Below are positions 1 through 19,696 of a DNA stretch of 64,000 nucleotides, piece by piece. Each line of letters starts with the position of its first letter. Within the stretch, counting starts at the first letter, position 1. The notes beneath the pieces are model-generated. The model was not told where the DNA came from, ran no database searches, and worked only from the letters and a program-made list of their open reading frames with translations. Source of the DNA: the human T2T-CHM13v2.0 reference genome, Homo sapiens; the NCBI RefSeq assembly GCF_009914755.1, contig NC_060937.1, one strand, 5' to 3'. The position numbers and the translations under genes are program-made.

Positions 1-450
1 GGGCTGGCGTGTCAGCGCTGCCTTGAGCGTGCGCACATCTGGCTGGGCTGCAGCAGCACCCAGGCTCAGCCCTGACTTTGCTCCGAGATTGGAGTGGGCG
101 CTGGCAGCAGGGAGAAACCAGGCAGTGGGAGCAGGCACTTCTGAGCCTGCGAGGGCGGTGGCAGTTGGGGGGTGCCTTCCCCGGCCCCCAAGTATACAGA
201 GATGCCTGGGTCCACAGCCACGGTTTGGGTAGCTGCAGCTGCACTGGGGAGGGTGGGACTCCTACCTGCTCCCCAGCCCAGAGAGCACAGGGATGCCTGG
301 GTCCGCAGCGGTGGCTTGGGCGGCTGCAGAAGCACTGGGGAGCTCCTGTCCCAACTCGGAAGGGGCGGGGTTCCTGCTTGTCCCCGGCTCCTCCGGGCTT
401 CCTGGAGCGTGCCGCCCCATCCACGCCTCTCTGCTGCAGCAGGTGTGATG
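1..450 (-). mobile_element. GC-rich LTR fragment, MER52-like (ERV1), in RB1 intron 19; runs off the window start
   Basis: GC/CpG-rich block with motifs GGGAGCAGGCACTTCTGAGCCTGC and a twice-occurring GATGCCTGGGTCC(A/G)CAGC...GCTGCAG unit, resembling recalled MER52 consensus; family and strand from memory. Confidence 0.5.
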
Positions 451-756
451 TACATACAAAAGTAGTGTGTTGTTGCCTACTGCAGACACATTTCCTGGAT
501 ATTTTCAGGACATTTAAGAAGGCCAGTAACCAGGTCATGTAGCATTCTCTGAGTGTGTATATATATGGTGGGGTGGGGAGGTTGATTTGAGTGTCTGTGC
601 ATGCGTATATACTTCCTAGTGCATATCCACTTGGAGCTCTTTGAAAGACAGTAAAAGGTCATGTTCCTCCATGATAATCTTTTTCCTGATTTTATTCAAG
701 TAAGAATTATGCTGAGCTTTACAGGCATATTGTCAGATATTATCCTTAGGTTAGAG

Positions 757-940
757 CAGTGGTTTTCAAAGTGTCGTTCCCAACCAGCAGAATCCACATC
801 ACCTGGAAATTGTAGAAATGAGAATTCTGGGGCTCCAGCCTAGACCTGCTCAATCAGAAACTCTTAAGATAGGGCCCTCAAAACCTTGTTTTAACAACCC
901 TCCAGCTAAGTCTGATGTATGCTAAAGTTTAAGACCACTG
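757..940. mobile_element. MER5A-like hAT-Charlie MITE
   Basis: Terminal inverted repeats CAGTGGTTTTCAA ... TTAAGACCACTG, ~184 bp, internal AATCAGAAACTCT. Confidence 0.75.
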
Positions 941-1597
941 AGATAAATTGTTAGCTTTAAAAATTTCAAATTACCTCATGCAAGTCGTTGAAAGAGATAT
1001 ATAAAAGGTCTTTATATGATATTTAAAGTAGATGAAGGAAAATTCAATTTTATGGATTCCTTTTTGCCAAATTTGCATTTTCAGTAGTATTTTTTATAAA
1101 CTAAATAAATTACATATTGCAGTCATTTTACATATAGGTAATCTACAAGTTTACCATTTTTCAACAGAGTATGTTCCATTGGTATTTTATAGAGAAATGT
1201 GTGGTTTAATTTTTTTAGGATTGGAAAAATTCATAGACACTGGCAATTATATAATTTAAAAAAATGATTATTCCTCTTTAATATTGATAGTGGGAATGAC
1301 CAGTGGTGAGTGATTATTAATAGAATTGAAACAAACCCTATTGGGTTTGTCTAATTTTACAGTGTCTTATGACCTTTCCTCCACTACTTCCCACCTCTGC
1401 CCCAATTTCATGCCATAATAGTTAATTCAGCAAGTATCATTCTGCCTTATATGTACCTAGAAATGTGCTAACACAAGGAATCAATTATTTTTAAGGAAAA
1501 TAGTGGTAGAAAAATCTTAAACATCACCACTAAAGAACTTATTCATGTAACCAAACACCACCTGTTCCCCCAAACACCTATTTTTTAAAAAAACTCA

Positions 1598-1808
1598 TGC
1601 CTACATAATGAAGCCTCCATAAAAACTCAAAAGGACCTGGTTCTGGGAGCTTCTGGATATTTGCCCAACTGGAGGTTCCTGGAGAATAGCATGCCTGGGG
1701 AGGGCAAGGAAAATCCATGCCCCTTCTCACATGCCTTGCCCTCTGCATTTCTTCATCTGTATCCCTTGTAATATGCCTCATAATAAACCAGTAAACATGT
1801 TTCTCTGG
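1598..1808 (+). mobile_element. MER21-like LTR fragment, preceded by a short L1PB-like 3' end fragment (~1525-1585)
   Basis: GCCTACATAATGAAGCCTCCATAAAAACTC...GGAGGTTCCTGGAG...AATAAACCAGTAAAC resembles recalled MER21. Confidence 0.55.
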
Positions 1809-1931
1809 GGGAAAGAAAAGAGTGGTAGAAAAGAGGTTTCTGTTAAAATGCTACTTAACAGCATTATAATTAGAGCAATTTCATGATTTGAAAAAAATCT
1901 ACTTGTAATTCAAAATGAACAGTAAAAATGA

Positions 1932-2554
<623 letters not shown>

Positions 2555-2963
2555 TTGTTAAGTGATTTCTAAAGAAAATATTAGATTCAAATGAGAAACT
2601 AGATCAATTTATTAGACTTAATATATGTTCACTTTTTGGCTACCATTTACATTTTTGTTGTAATTCTTACAAATTAGAGCTTTAACACTCAAGAGTATAT
2701 TTTAGTAACTGCTTATTTAATGACACAAAAGATCTTACCTGTAAAAAAAATAGCTGAAGAACCTTCTTATCATTGGCTTTTTCTATGTAGTAGTGAGCTA
2801 GATATCATTTTAGTGTGAAAAAAGCATGAGACTTAAGAATCAGTTGATTTAAAACAATACCTATTGAATGAATGAATGAAGTCAATTAGTTTACAATGAG
2901 AGAATCATTTTTCATCTCCTCCTTTTTCTCTATAAAATAGGTTAATAAGAACAATATACTTTT

Positions 2964-3253
2964 GGCTGGGTGCAGTGGCTCACGCCTGTAATCCTAGCAC
3001 TTTGGGAGGCTGAGGTGGGCAGATCGCTTGAGCTCAGGAGTTTGAGACCAGCCTGGGCAACCTGGCAAAACTCTGTCTCTACAAAAAATTTAAAAATTAG
3101 CCAGGTGTGGTGACTTGCACCTGTGGTCCCAGCTACTTCGGAGACTGAACTGGGAGGATTTCTTGAGCCCAGGAGGTGGAGGTTGCAAGTGAGCTGAGAT
3201 CACACCACTGTGCTCCAACCTGGGTAACAGAGCAAGACCTTGTCTCAAAAAAA
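2964..3253 (+). mobile_element. Alu (J-like)
   Basis: GGCTGGGTGCAGTGGCTCACGCCTGTAATCC start, dimeric body, A tail. Confidence 0.9.
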
Positions 3254-3284
3254 TTTTGTTAATTAAAAAAATATATACATATAT

Positions 3285-5260
<1,976 letters not shown>

Positions 5261-6015
5261 CACTTGGCTGTAGGATGCCAAGCAAAAATGATTATTTGGC
5301 ATTCTTGGCAATAGTAGGTAAGAGCAAGAATGTTGCAGAAGCAATGAGTACTTAAATTAGGCTATAAAGTTCATACAAATAAAGAAAATCTGACATTTTA
5401 AAGTCACAGGGAATCATTTTCAGATCTTATTTTTGCATTTAAAATATCTTTTATTGAAATGTAATACACATATGTAAAAACCTGTGTATCAAAAGTATAC
5501 ATTCTAACAAAAATTCATCAACTGAGCTTAGTTATATAACCAGCATCCAGATCAAGAAACAAAACATTGTCAGCAACACATAAGACTCTCTTACATGCTC
5601 TTCCAGTCACCATAGCCTCCTTACCACCACCACCAAGTGTGTTCAATATTATTTTATCTAATAGTTTGAAACATTTTCACACCTGGCTTTTTAAAGTGCT
5701 AGTTATACAAAATTAACTGATTCTACTTTCAACTTTTCTGGGAAACATTTAAGGGACAAGAGCCAAAGTTAGGGTAATTTACAAACCAGGTGATCAGTCC
5801 TGAATAATTGAGCCTTGGTGATTTGCATTTTGTTCTTTAAACACACTTTGGGTTAAACACTTCATGTAGACTTTCAAACTGAGCTCAGTATGGAAAGAAA
5901 TAACTCTGTAGATTAAACCTTTCTTTTTTGAGGCTAAAAGAAAGAAAATGGTATTTTTTAAGAACAAAACCATGTAATAAAATTCTGACTACTTTTACAT
6001 CAATTTATTTACTAG

Positions 6016-6135
<120 letters not shown>

Positions 6136-7229
6136 TAGTAAGTTTTTTTGATAAATCCATATCCATAACATAACATAGGTAATTCATTTGATCTCATTTA
6201 TTCATTAATGAGATCATATATTCTGTCTGACCTTATTATGTAAATTCACAAATAAAAACTTTTATATTATTTATTTGTAACTTAAATAGAATTGGAAAGA
6301 TAAGGGTAATTATGAAATTACCCATATTCATAGTTTTTTATAAAGTTAATAAATAATATTTTATCCCTGTAATAAGCAGGTATTTGTAATAAACTTGACA
6401 TGAGTCATAGAACATTAGATATTCTTTGAAGTTATTTTTATTACTTTATAGGAAAAGCCAGTATAAATGCAGCCTTGCAAATCAATAATACAAATGTTCA
6501 GTATAAACACATTTTGTGTTTCCGGTTTACCTTCCCTTTAGAGAAATAGTAGTAGTAAAATATACTTGGTATGACACATTTCATATTGTTCTGTGGAAAG
6601 TGAGTTGTGGGGTATTTTTCCCATTTATTATTGGAGTTTTCAAAAGTAATACAAACCAAGTCATTTTTGTTTGTATGTTTGAAGTTATTTTCTAAATTCA
6701 ATCATTTTAATTGTATATATCAGAGGCATCTGATATAACCTCTGTGTTTTTCCCTAAAATTTGAGTGAAATCTAACTATCACTAAAATATAGTGCTTTTA
6801 CTAAATGTCTACTTCTTGCAATTGCGTAATGTATACTGAAACCCTTATAGATTGGGGGGGATACCGGGAGGTACAGGCCAGAGAATGTAGTCCAAATATT
6901 GGTGGATAATATTATTGGCTTTCGCTCAGCTCTGGCCCTTTGATTCCCATCATGCTTTCCATTCTACCAGTCTATCTACTCCTCTCTTCCCAGTCTATAT
7001 ACTCTTCTCTTCTTGGATGGCCAGCTCTTCCATCTGCTGCTGCCTGGCTATTTCTCTCAATCATTCTGTGACATTTCACTTCTAGAAGAGCAGCTATAAT
7101 CCAAGCCTAAGAAGTAATTTTATTTATTTATTATTTTTTCCTTTATAATATGTGCTTCTTACCAGTCAAAAAGTATTATAAACTATTAGAAAAGAAAATC
7201 TAAAGGTAGAAATTTTAAAATTCATTTAA

Positions 7230-7430
<201 letters not shown>

Positions 7431-7490
7431 TAATGTAATGGGTCCACCAAAACATTAAATAAATAATCTACTTTTTTGTTTTTGCTCTAG

Positions 7491-7670
<180 letters not shown>

Positions 7671-7841
7671 TAGGGAAGTAGTAAAGAATGAGAGGGGGAT
7701 TATTTTGATCCAAGAATAAAAAATATAAAGCATTCTTCATTTCAAATAAGCTAGACTCTTGAAACTCTATTTGCTTATTTAAGTAACATAATAAGAATAT
7801 GGGGGCGGGGTGAAGAAAATCTATTTACGACTTAAGCAACG

Positions 7842-8736
7842 CAAGATGGCCGAATAGGAACAGCTCCGGTCTACAGCTCCCAGCGTGAGCGACGCAGAAG
7901 ACGGGTGATTTCTGCATTTCCATCTGAGGTACCGGGTTCATCTCACTAGGGAGTGCCAGACAGTGGGCGCAGGCCAGTGTGTGTGCGCACCGTGTGCGAG
8001 CCGAAGCAGGGCGAGGCATTGCCTCACCTGGGAAGCGCAAGGGGTCAGGGAGTTCCCTTTCCGAGTCAAAGAAAGGGGTGACGGACGCACCTGGAAAATC
8101 GGGTCACTCCCACCCGAATATTGCACTTTTCAGACCGGCTTAAGAAACGGCGCACCACGAGACTATATCCCACACCTGGCTCAGAGGGTCCTACGCCCAC
8201 GGAATCTCGCTGATTGCTAGCACAGCAGTCTGTGATCAAACTGCAAGGCGGCAGTGAGGCTGGGGGAGGGGCGCCCGCCATTGCCCAGGCTTGCTTAGGT
8301 AAACAAAGCAGCCGGGAAGCTCGAACTGGGTGGAGCCCACCACAGGTCAAGGAGGCCTGCCTGCCTTTGTAGGCTCCACCTCTGGGGGCAGGGCACAGAC
8401 AAACAAAAAGACAGCAGTAACCTCTGCAGACTTAAGTGTCCCTGTCTGACAGCTTTGAAGAGAGCAGTGGTTCTCCCAGCACGCAGCTGGAGATCTGAGA
8501 ACGGGCAGACTGCCTCCTCAAGTGGGTCCCTGACCCCTGACCCCCGAGCAGCCTAACTGGGAGGCACCCCCCAGCAGGGGCACACTGACACCTCACACGG
8601 CAGGGTATTCCAACAGACCTGCAGCTGAGGGTCCTGTCTGTTAGAAGGAAAACTAACAACCAGAAAGGACATCTACACCGAAAACCCATCTGTACATCAC
8701 CATCATCAAAGACCAAAAGTAGATAAAACCACAAAG
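7842..8736 (+). promoter_or_regulatory. L1 5'UTR: CpG-rich internal sense promoter (YY1 core AAGATGGCC at 7843-7851) and antisense promoter
   Basis: Matches recalled L1Hs 5'UTR from CAAGATGGCCGAATAGGAACAGC to the ORF1 ATG. Confidence 0.9.
8066..8281 (-). CDS. L1 ORF0 (71 aa), intact
   Basis: MAGAPPPASLPPCSL...RCVRHPFL, read from the ATG at 8281-8279 within ORF-track 8066..8350. Confidence 0.85.
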   Translation of the reverse strand: MAGAPPPASLPPCSLITDCCASNQRDSVGVGPSEPGVGYSLVVRRFLSRSEKCNIRVGVTRFSRCVRHPFL

Positions 8737-9753
8737 ATGGGGAAAAAACAGAACAGAAAAACTGGAAACTCTAAAACGCAGAGCGCCTCTCCTCCTCCAA
8801 AGGAACACAGTTCCTCACCAGCAACGGAACAAAGTTGGACGGAGAATGACTTTGACGAGCTGAGAGAAGAAGGTTTCAGACGATCAAATTACTCTGAGCT
8901 ACGGGAGGACATTCAAACCAAAGGCAAAGAAGTTGAAAACTTTGAAAAAAATTTAGAAGAATATATAACTAGAATAACCAATACAGAGAAGTGCTTAAAG
9001 GAGCTGATGGAGCTGAAAACCAAGGCTCGAGAACTACGTGAAGAATGCAGAAGCCTCAGGAGCCAATGCGATCAACTGGAAGAAAGGGTATCAGCAATGG
9101 AAGATGAAATGAATGAAATGAAGCGAGAAGGGAAGTTTAGAGAAAAAAGAATAAAAAGAAATGAGCAAAGCCTCCAAGAAATATGGGACTATGTGAAAAG
9201 ACCAAATCTACGTCTGATTGGTGTACCTGAAAGTGACAGGGAGAATGGAACCAAGTTGGAAAACACTCTGCAGGATATTATCCAGGAGAACTTCCCCAAT
9301 CTAGCAAGGCAGGCCAACGTTCAGATTCAGGAAATACAGAGAACGCCACAAAGATACTCCTCGAGAAGAGCAACTCCAAGACACATAATTGTCAGATTCA
9401 CCAAAGTTGAAATGAAGGAAAAAATGTTAAGGGCAGCCAGAGAGAAAGGTCGGGTTACCCTCAAAGGAAAGCCCATCAGACTAACAGCGGATCTCTCGGC
9501 AGAAACCTTACAAGCCAGAAGAGAGTGGGGGCCAATATTCAACATTCTTAAAGAAAAGAATTTTCAACCCAGAATTTCATATCCAGCCAAACTAAGCTTC
9601 ATAAGTGAAGGAGAAATAAAATCCTTTACAGACAAGCAAATGCTGAGAGATTTTGTCACCACCAGGCCTGCCCTAAAAGAGCTCCTGAAGGAAGCGCTAA
9701 ACATGGAAAGGAACAACCGGTACCAGCCGCTGCAAAATCATGCCAAAATGTAA
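8737..9753 (+). CDS. L1 ORF1p (338 aa RNA-binding chaperone), intact
   Basis: MGKKQNRKTGNSK...NHAKM; conserved REKG, ARR and YPAKLS motifs present. Confidence 0.97.
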   Translation: MGKKQNRKTGNSKTQSASPPPKEHSSSPATEQSWTENDFDELREEGFRRSNYSELREDIQTKGKEVENFEKNLEEYITRITNTEKCLKELMELKTKARELREECRSLRSQCDQLEERVSAMEDEMNEMKREGKFREKRIKRNEQSLQEIWDYVKRPNLRLIGVPESDRENGTKLENTLQDIIQENFPNLARQANVQIQEIQRTPQRYSSRRATPRHIIVRFTKVEMKEKMLRAAREKGRVTLKGKPIRLTADLSAETLQARREWGPIFNILKEKNFQPRISYPAKLSFISEGEIKSFTDKQMLRDFVTTRPALKELLKEALNMERNNRYQPLQNHAKM

Positions 9754-9792
9754 AGACCATCGAGACTAGGAAGAAACTGCATCAACTAATGA

Positions 9793-13646
<3,854 letters not shown>

Positions 13647-15656
13647 ACAATGAGATCACATGGACACAGGAAGGGGAATATCACACTCTGGGGACTGCGG
13701 TGGGGTCGGGGGAGGGGGGAGGGATAGCATTGGGAGATATACCTAATGCTAGATGACACGTTAGTGGGTGCAGCACACCAGCATGGCACATGTATACATA
13801 TGTAACTAACCTGCACAATGTGCACATGTACCCTAAAACTTAGAGTATAATAAAAAATATAAATTAAAAAAAAAAAAAAAAAAAGAAAATCTATTTACTT
13901 GGATGGGTTTACAGATTTAGTTATCAGCTTTCCTGACTGTTAGGTATCTTCTTTTGAGAACAATTTGAGAACCAGTTTGGTTATATGTTTCAAAACACTT
14001 TTATATTTTTTAAATAGCCAATCTGCTAAACAAAGCAGGTTACTTTAGGTTGAGTACTTTTAGTTTGCAGTTTATTGGATGTCCTGTAAGTTTTGCTTCC
14101 TGTGGATTTTTTTCCTTTTGCTTGTTATATTAAATGTAGATTACTGTCAATTAAGTCTTTAGAGGTCCATCCCTAATCCTGCTGGCGGCCTCTTTACCAC
14201 CTCACCTTGGGCAGGTCTCTATCTGTACTTCACAAGGGTGCTGTGGATCAGGGAAATGATGAGTATGAAGCTGTTTTAAATTCTCAGATGAAAGGTTGTA
14301 TGCAACTACAAATCATTATATTATCTTCCACATCCAACCACAAGTGCTCTCTAGCTTTGAAGTGCTTCAGTTGACTAATTATATGTTATCATGGGCTATT
14401 TGAAACTGACTTTATTTGTGTGAAGTAGGAGGCAGATTAGCTAGTATAGTTAATGTAGTCTCATCTCAGAAATTATCAGCCCATATGGTTGTACCTAATG
14501 GGCAAGAAAAGGGGGCATATGTTGGCCTTTCAGAAAATATTTGCATGGTATATTTAATTATTTAAGTAGTACGTACTCATTATAAAAATTTCAAACTCTA
14601 CAGAAAAATATGAAGTAAGAAATAATTGGCAATATGATACAAATGCTCTCATGTGTCTCTGTATCATCCTTTATTTATTTGGTGTTCTTGTAGTTGGATA
14701 TCTGTGTACTGATATCTACTACTTGTTCTAAGCTGCTAAGATGCCACGTCATGTCTATTTAAGAAAATTTACATTGTTCCATGCCACTATATGAAAATGT
14801 ATACTTAGGTAGTTTTTTTTAATAGTGATAATTAGTCCATATTATGGTGATAATGATGGCTACTTGCTGATCCTTAGTGAAATAAATTCTGTGTTGGTAT
14901 TCTTCAGCAAAAACGTCACATTCTGAACATCCTAACTAATAAATCATTGACCAGGCATTAGGAGAGCATCTTAACACTCTACCCAGTACATTTAGGTACT
15001 CTGGTTAATCAAATATTATATGTAGAGTGATGGCCACTTATCAAGGAATTGGAGGGCAAAAAAATCTCTATATTCACTAGTTCCATGTTCATGTTTTCAA
15101 ATCTTTGTCGAGTCATGTCAGGCTAATGATGTTCTTCAGCTTTATTATAAAGAACATAAATTATATGGTTCAAATAAAGACAGACTAATAAAGATTTCTG
15201 ACTCTATGATATATGATAAATAGCCTTTACTATATCAATATAGATGCTAATTAGAATTCTGATTATTACTTAATATTCTAAGTTTTTTCCAAATATAACT
15301 TGAATTTTAAATGAGAAAATATGAAAGAAATTTGATAACTTACCCATTGATTTATGAAGAACTAAGTAGGGGTAACCTTGAAACTTGCCTTTGCCCTCCC
15401 TAAATATGGGCAATGGCAGAATATGTTCTTGCAGACCTATAACTTTTGCTTTAAAACTAAGAGACTAGGTGAGTATATGATTAGACGGGCACTGTTAGAA
15501 TAATTCCCAAATGAATATAGTTTGTCAGTGGTTCTAGGGTAGAGGTAACCTTTAATTTGGTATTCCTAATAGTTCAGAATGATGTATTTATGCTCATCTC
15601 TGCAAAATTGTATATGGTTTTTTATTACTAATTGGTATTTCATCTTAACTTGACAG

Positions 15657-15687
15657 AATCTTAGTATCAATTGGTGAATCATTCGGG
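15657..15687 (+). CDS. RB1: RB1 exon 24
   Basis: cag|AATCTTAG...TTCGGG|gtgagt, 31 bp; ILVSIGESFG. Confidence 0.98.
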
Positions 15688-15974
15688 GTGAGTATTTTCT
15701 TTCTATGAAATATAATAGTATGCATTGTAAGTATAAAAGAAATTAAAGCTTTCTATAATTTGAATTTCCAAATGCAGTTATTCAAACACCTCATCCAGGC
15801 ATATTGCATAGAATTTTATGAGATATATATATCTCAGATTTACTTTCAAATCAAGTTTAATCTCAAATCATACTCCTAATTGGTGAACTTCAAAACTTTT
15901 CTAAATATCCACTTGAGATTATATAATACATATATACATTTGTGTATATACATACATATATACGTGAGCTGTTT

Positions 15975-16760
15975 TTGCTCACAACATTTCTATCACCAAA
16001 TGTGTGAGATTTTTTTCTCACCCAAATCTATTCTTCAACTCTCTGGTGTTCTACAATTCAATTCAATTCTGACACTAATTACCCAGAGTCAGCATCAGAC
16101 TCCACAGGTTCAAGGGCTCAGTCCCACAAAAATGGTCTCACTGCAGACACCAGTCACAAGTGTCAGGTCCCCAGGCTACACCACACTTCCGTCTGACTTG
16201 AATACGAAGTTGGGGGGTTCCGATAGTGCCTCTTCCTTACAGTTTGATCCACTGCCAGAACTACTCACAAAACTCTGGAAAATATTCTACTTACTATTAT
16301 CAGTTCATCATAAAAGATACAAATGAACAGCCAGATGAAGAAATATTATATAGGGTGAGGTCCAGAAGAGTCCCTAGCACAGGGGCTTCTGTCCCTGGGG
16401 AGTTGGGGTGCACCACCTTCCTAGCACTTAGACATGTTTACCAACTCCAAAGATCTCCCAACCTTATTGTTGAGGGGTTTTTATGGGGGTTTCATTATAT
16501 AGGCATAATTGATTAACTCAATTTCCAACCCCCTCCCCTCCCTGGATAGAGGGTGGGGCTGAAAGTTCCAAGCTTCTACTCAAGACTTGGTCTTTCTGGC
16601 AACCAGCTTCCATCCTAAATTAGCTAGGTACCCACCAAGTATCACCTCATTAGAACAAAAGATGGTCCCATCACCCTTATCACACATGAAATTCGAAGGG
16701 TTTTAGGAGCTCTGTCCCAGGAACCAGGGACAAAGACCAAATATCTTTCAATGATACCAT
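15975..16760 (-). mobile_element. MER21-like LTR
   Basis: CAATTCAATTCTGACACTA, GGGCTCAGTCCCACAA, GAACAGCCAGATGAAGA and GGAACCAGGGACAAAGACCAAATAT motifs. Confidence 0.7.
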
Positions 16761-17190
16761 GTATGTATGTACATAACCTCACAGGAATGTTTATAAAACA
16801 ATTTTGAAATTCACTCATTATGAGTGTGATTTGAAATGAGATACTCCAAAATGTAAGCCCGATATCCAAATGTCACCAGCCTGTCCCTGCCTACTGGTCT
16901 CCTTCCATACATATGCAGTTTTTGCTTGTCCTTCCTCTCAGACTTCTAGGATATTCTTTTTCTGGTACACTGATTAGGAATTGTTTGCATGAGATCCTGC
17001 CTCAGTGAAAGTGGCAGAGCTTCATTCTAGGAGATCCAAGGGAAAGCTTTGCTTTGAAACATTTATTCTAGGCTGCAAATCCACAACCCTAGTTGGCCTT
17101 CCATTAAAGTCACTAATTCAGCAGTCCCATATTCAATATGCATTACTGTTAATATGTTGCACCATCTCCATTCCCCTGAGAGCTTATATT

Positions 17191-17468
17191 TTTAATTTTT
17201 AAATTTTTATTTTTAGAGAGAGTGTCTCACTCTGTCACCTACTTATTATAACCTCAAACTCCTCGGCCCAAGCAGTCCTCTCACCTTAGCCTCCCAAGTT
17301 GCCAGGACTACAGGCATGCACCACCATGTCCAGCTAATTTTTAAATTTTTTGTAGAGACAGGGTTTTCTATGTTGGCCAGATTGGTATTGAATTCCTGGC
17401 TTCCACGATACCCCGTCTCAGCCTCCCAAAGAACTGGGATTACAGATGTGAGCCACTGCACCTGGCCA
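17191..17468 (-). mobile_element. AluJ-like element with internal deletion
   Basis: Antisense Alu; TSD GAGAGCTTATATT at 17178-17190 and 17469-17481. Confidence 0.88.
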
Positions 17469-17499
17469 GAGAGCTTATATTCTTATAGGAATGGGAAGA

Positions 17500-18045
17500 C
17501 TGCCTATGTTATGTGTTGCTACATAATACATTACCCCCAAACTTAGTGACTTAAAACAAACGCTTATTATCTCCATTTCTGTGGGTCAATAATCTAGGCA
17601 TGACTTAGCTGGGCCAGAGTTTCTCCAAAGTCTGTGATCAAGGTGTCAGTTGGGCCTGCAGTCATCTCAAGGCTCCACTAGAGGAGCATTCACTGGCAGA
17701 CTTATTCAAATGGCTGTTGGCTGATCCTCGATGGCTATTGGCCCCTCTATTGGTTTCTTGCCCTTGGGCCCCTCCATAGTACTGCTTGCTATTCACAACA
17801 TGGCAGCTTGCTTTGCCCAGAGCAGGGACTCTGAGGGAGGCAGGGAAATAAAGAGCAAGAGAGAGGTCACAGTCTTATTGTAATCTAATTCTGGAAATGA
17901 CAGCCCATTACTTTTGGCATATTATTTTGGTTAGAAGCAAGACAACAGTAGATCTAGCCCACACACGAGGGGAGGAGGATCACACAAGGAGGTGAATACC
18001 AGGAGGTGGGGTCATTGGGAGCCATCTGAGAGGCTGCCCACCACA
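17500..18045 (-). mobile_element. MLT1-type (MaLR) LTR
   Basis: CCCCAAACTTAGTGACTTAAAACAA...GTGAATACCAGGAGG...GGCTGCCCACCACA motifs. Confidence 0.7.
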
Positions 18046-18992
18046 CTGCCTCAAGTAACTAGGGAGAGGTAAAAGTTTATATGCCAGATGACCAAATATT
18101 AAAATGTGTGTTACAAATAGTTCACGATGGGCTCAGCTGTCAGACTTTACAAAGGAGCTATGGGACCTTATAAGGACAGTTGGAACTGGCTAGGTATCAC
18201 ATAGTGGTCTTCAAACATTTTTGCTTGCCATAACCTCTAAAATAATTGGGAAAAAGTTGAATGTACTTCCATATCTTAAAGCTGATAATTTAAAATATTA
18301 TACATTTAATAGCAGCACGGGATTTAGTTTTTGTTAAATTGTATATGTGCTCCAAATAGATTTACCATCAAAACCTGTTTTGAATTTAATATTGGGAGAA
18401 TTCGCTAGTTTAATTTTTGGAAAATAAAGTATAATTGGCAAAGCTAATCCTCACTGTTGAATCTATCCGTCAAATCAGATATAATTTCTATCAGAAAGTC
18501 TATATGACTTGTCAACATAATACCCATAAAGTGAATCAAAAATTATTATTCATTGAACACATCATCTCTTATCAAATTCTTGTGACCTTCCTTCTGGTTG
18601 TATAATAGCCTAAAAAACAAAAAAAGGACAAAAGCAAGTTTCCAGAAAGCTGTTCTGACTTGCCTACTTCTGAAAAGTAGTCCTGTATGGTGGGTTCTGA
18701 AAATGAGGAACCAGGACTTGCAGAGTAGGCAGTTGCTGGAGGAAGAATGTGAGCTGCATGGGAAAAGACAGGAGGATTTACAAAGAGTGGGTGTTTAATT
18801 GGGGATGGAATTAGGTAGTTATTCTGATTTTTAGATTTTTCATATCTTTTATTTGGTCCAATGAAGCAGAAAATTTAAATGAAGTTATTACCTTTGCCTG
18901 ATTTTTGACACACCTCAAACTATAACTTGAGGTTGCTAACTATGAAACACTGGCATTTAATGATTTAAAGTAAAGAATTCTGTAATTTGTAG

Positions 18993-19136
<144 letters not shown>

Positions 19137-19646
19137 TAGGAACCAGTTTTGAATGTTTTCCAGTAGCTGAGATGGTCATCTGGGGAATCCAGAGTCTCAG
19201 CACTGCTCCTGGCTTATACCAATTTCTTTCATGCCAAGTTTATTTGGAAGTTGTGAGAATGGCTCAAAATAATAGATATGAGTGTAGTGCAAAGTTAAAA
19301 ACATCTTACAAATTGCATACCAACATTCAGTGAAGATATCTAATAAACCCTGATCTTTTTTACAAAGCTATTGATAAAATTTTGTTATTCTTAACATTAA
19401 ATTTAAAAATGTTTACTCTTGAAAAATATTAACCACTGTATTTTGTGAGAACCACTGAAAAAATACATAGCATCATAAATTTGTGACATTTATGTTTTAG
19501 ATGGTTAGTTTTTAAATTTTAAAATTAAAAGCTACTCACTAAAATAATAGCATAAAGTAAGTCATCGAAAGCATCATAGTTACTGGAAATTTGAGTTTTC
19601 CATTTATAAATACACATGAAATGTTTTGCATTTTTTTAATCTGCAG

Positions 19647-19696
19647 TAAACATCTCCCAGGAGAGTCCAAATTTCAGCAGAAACTGGCAGAAATGA
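19647..19696 (+). CDS. RB1: RB1 exon 26
   Basis: cag|TAAACAT...AAATGA|gtaagt, 50 bp; KHLPGESKFQQKLAEM. Confidence 0.98.
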
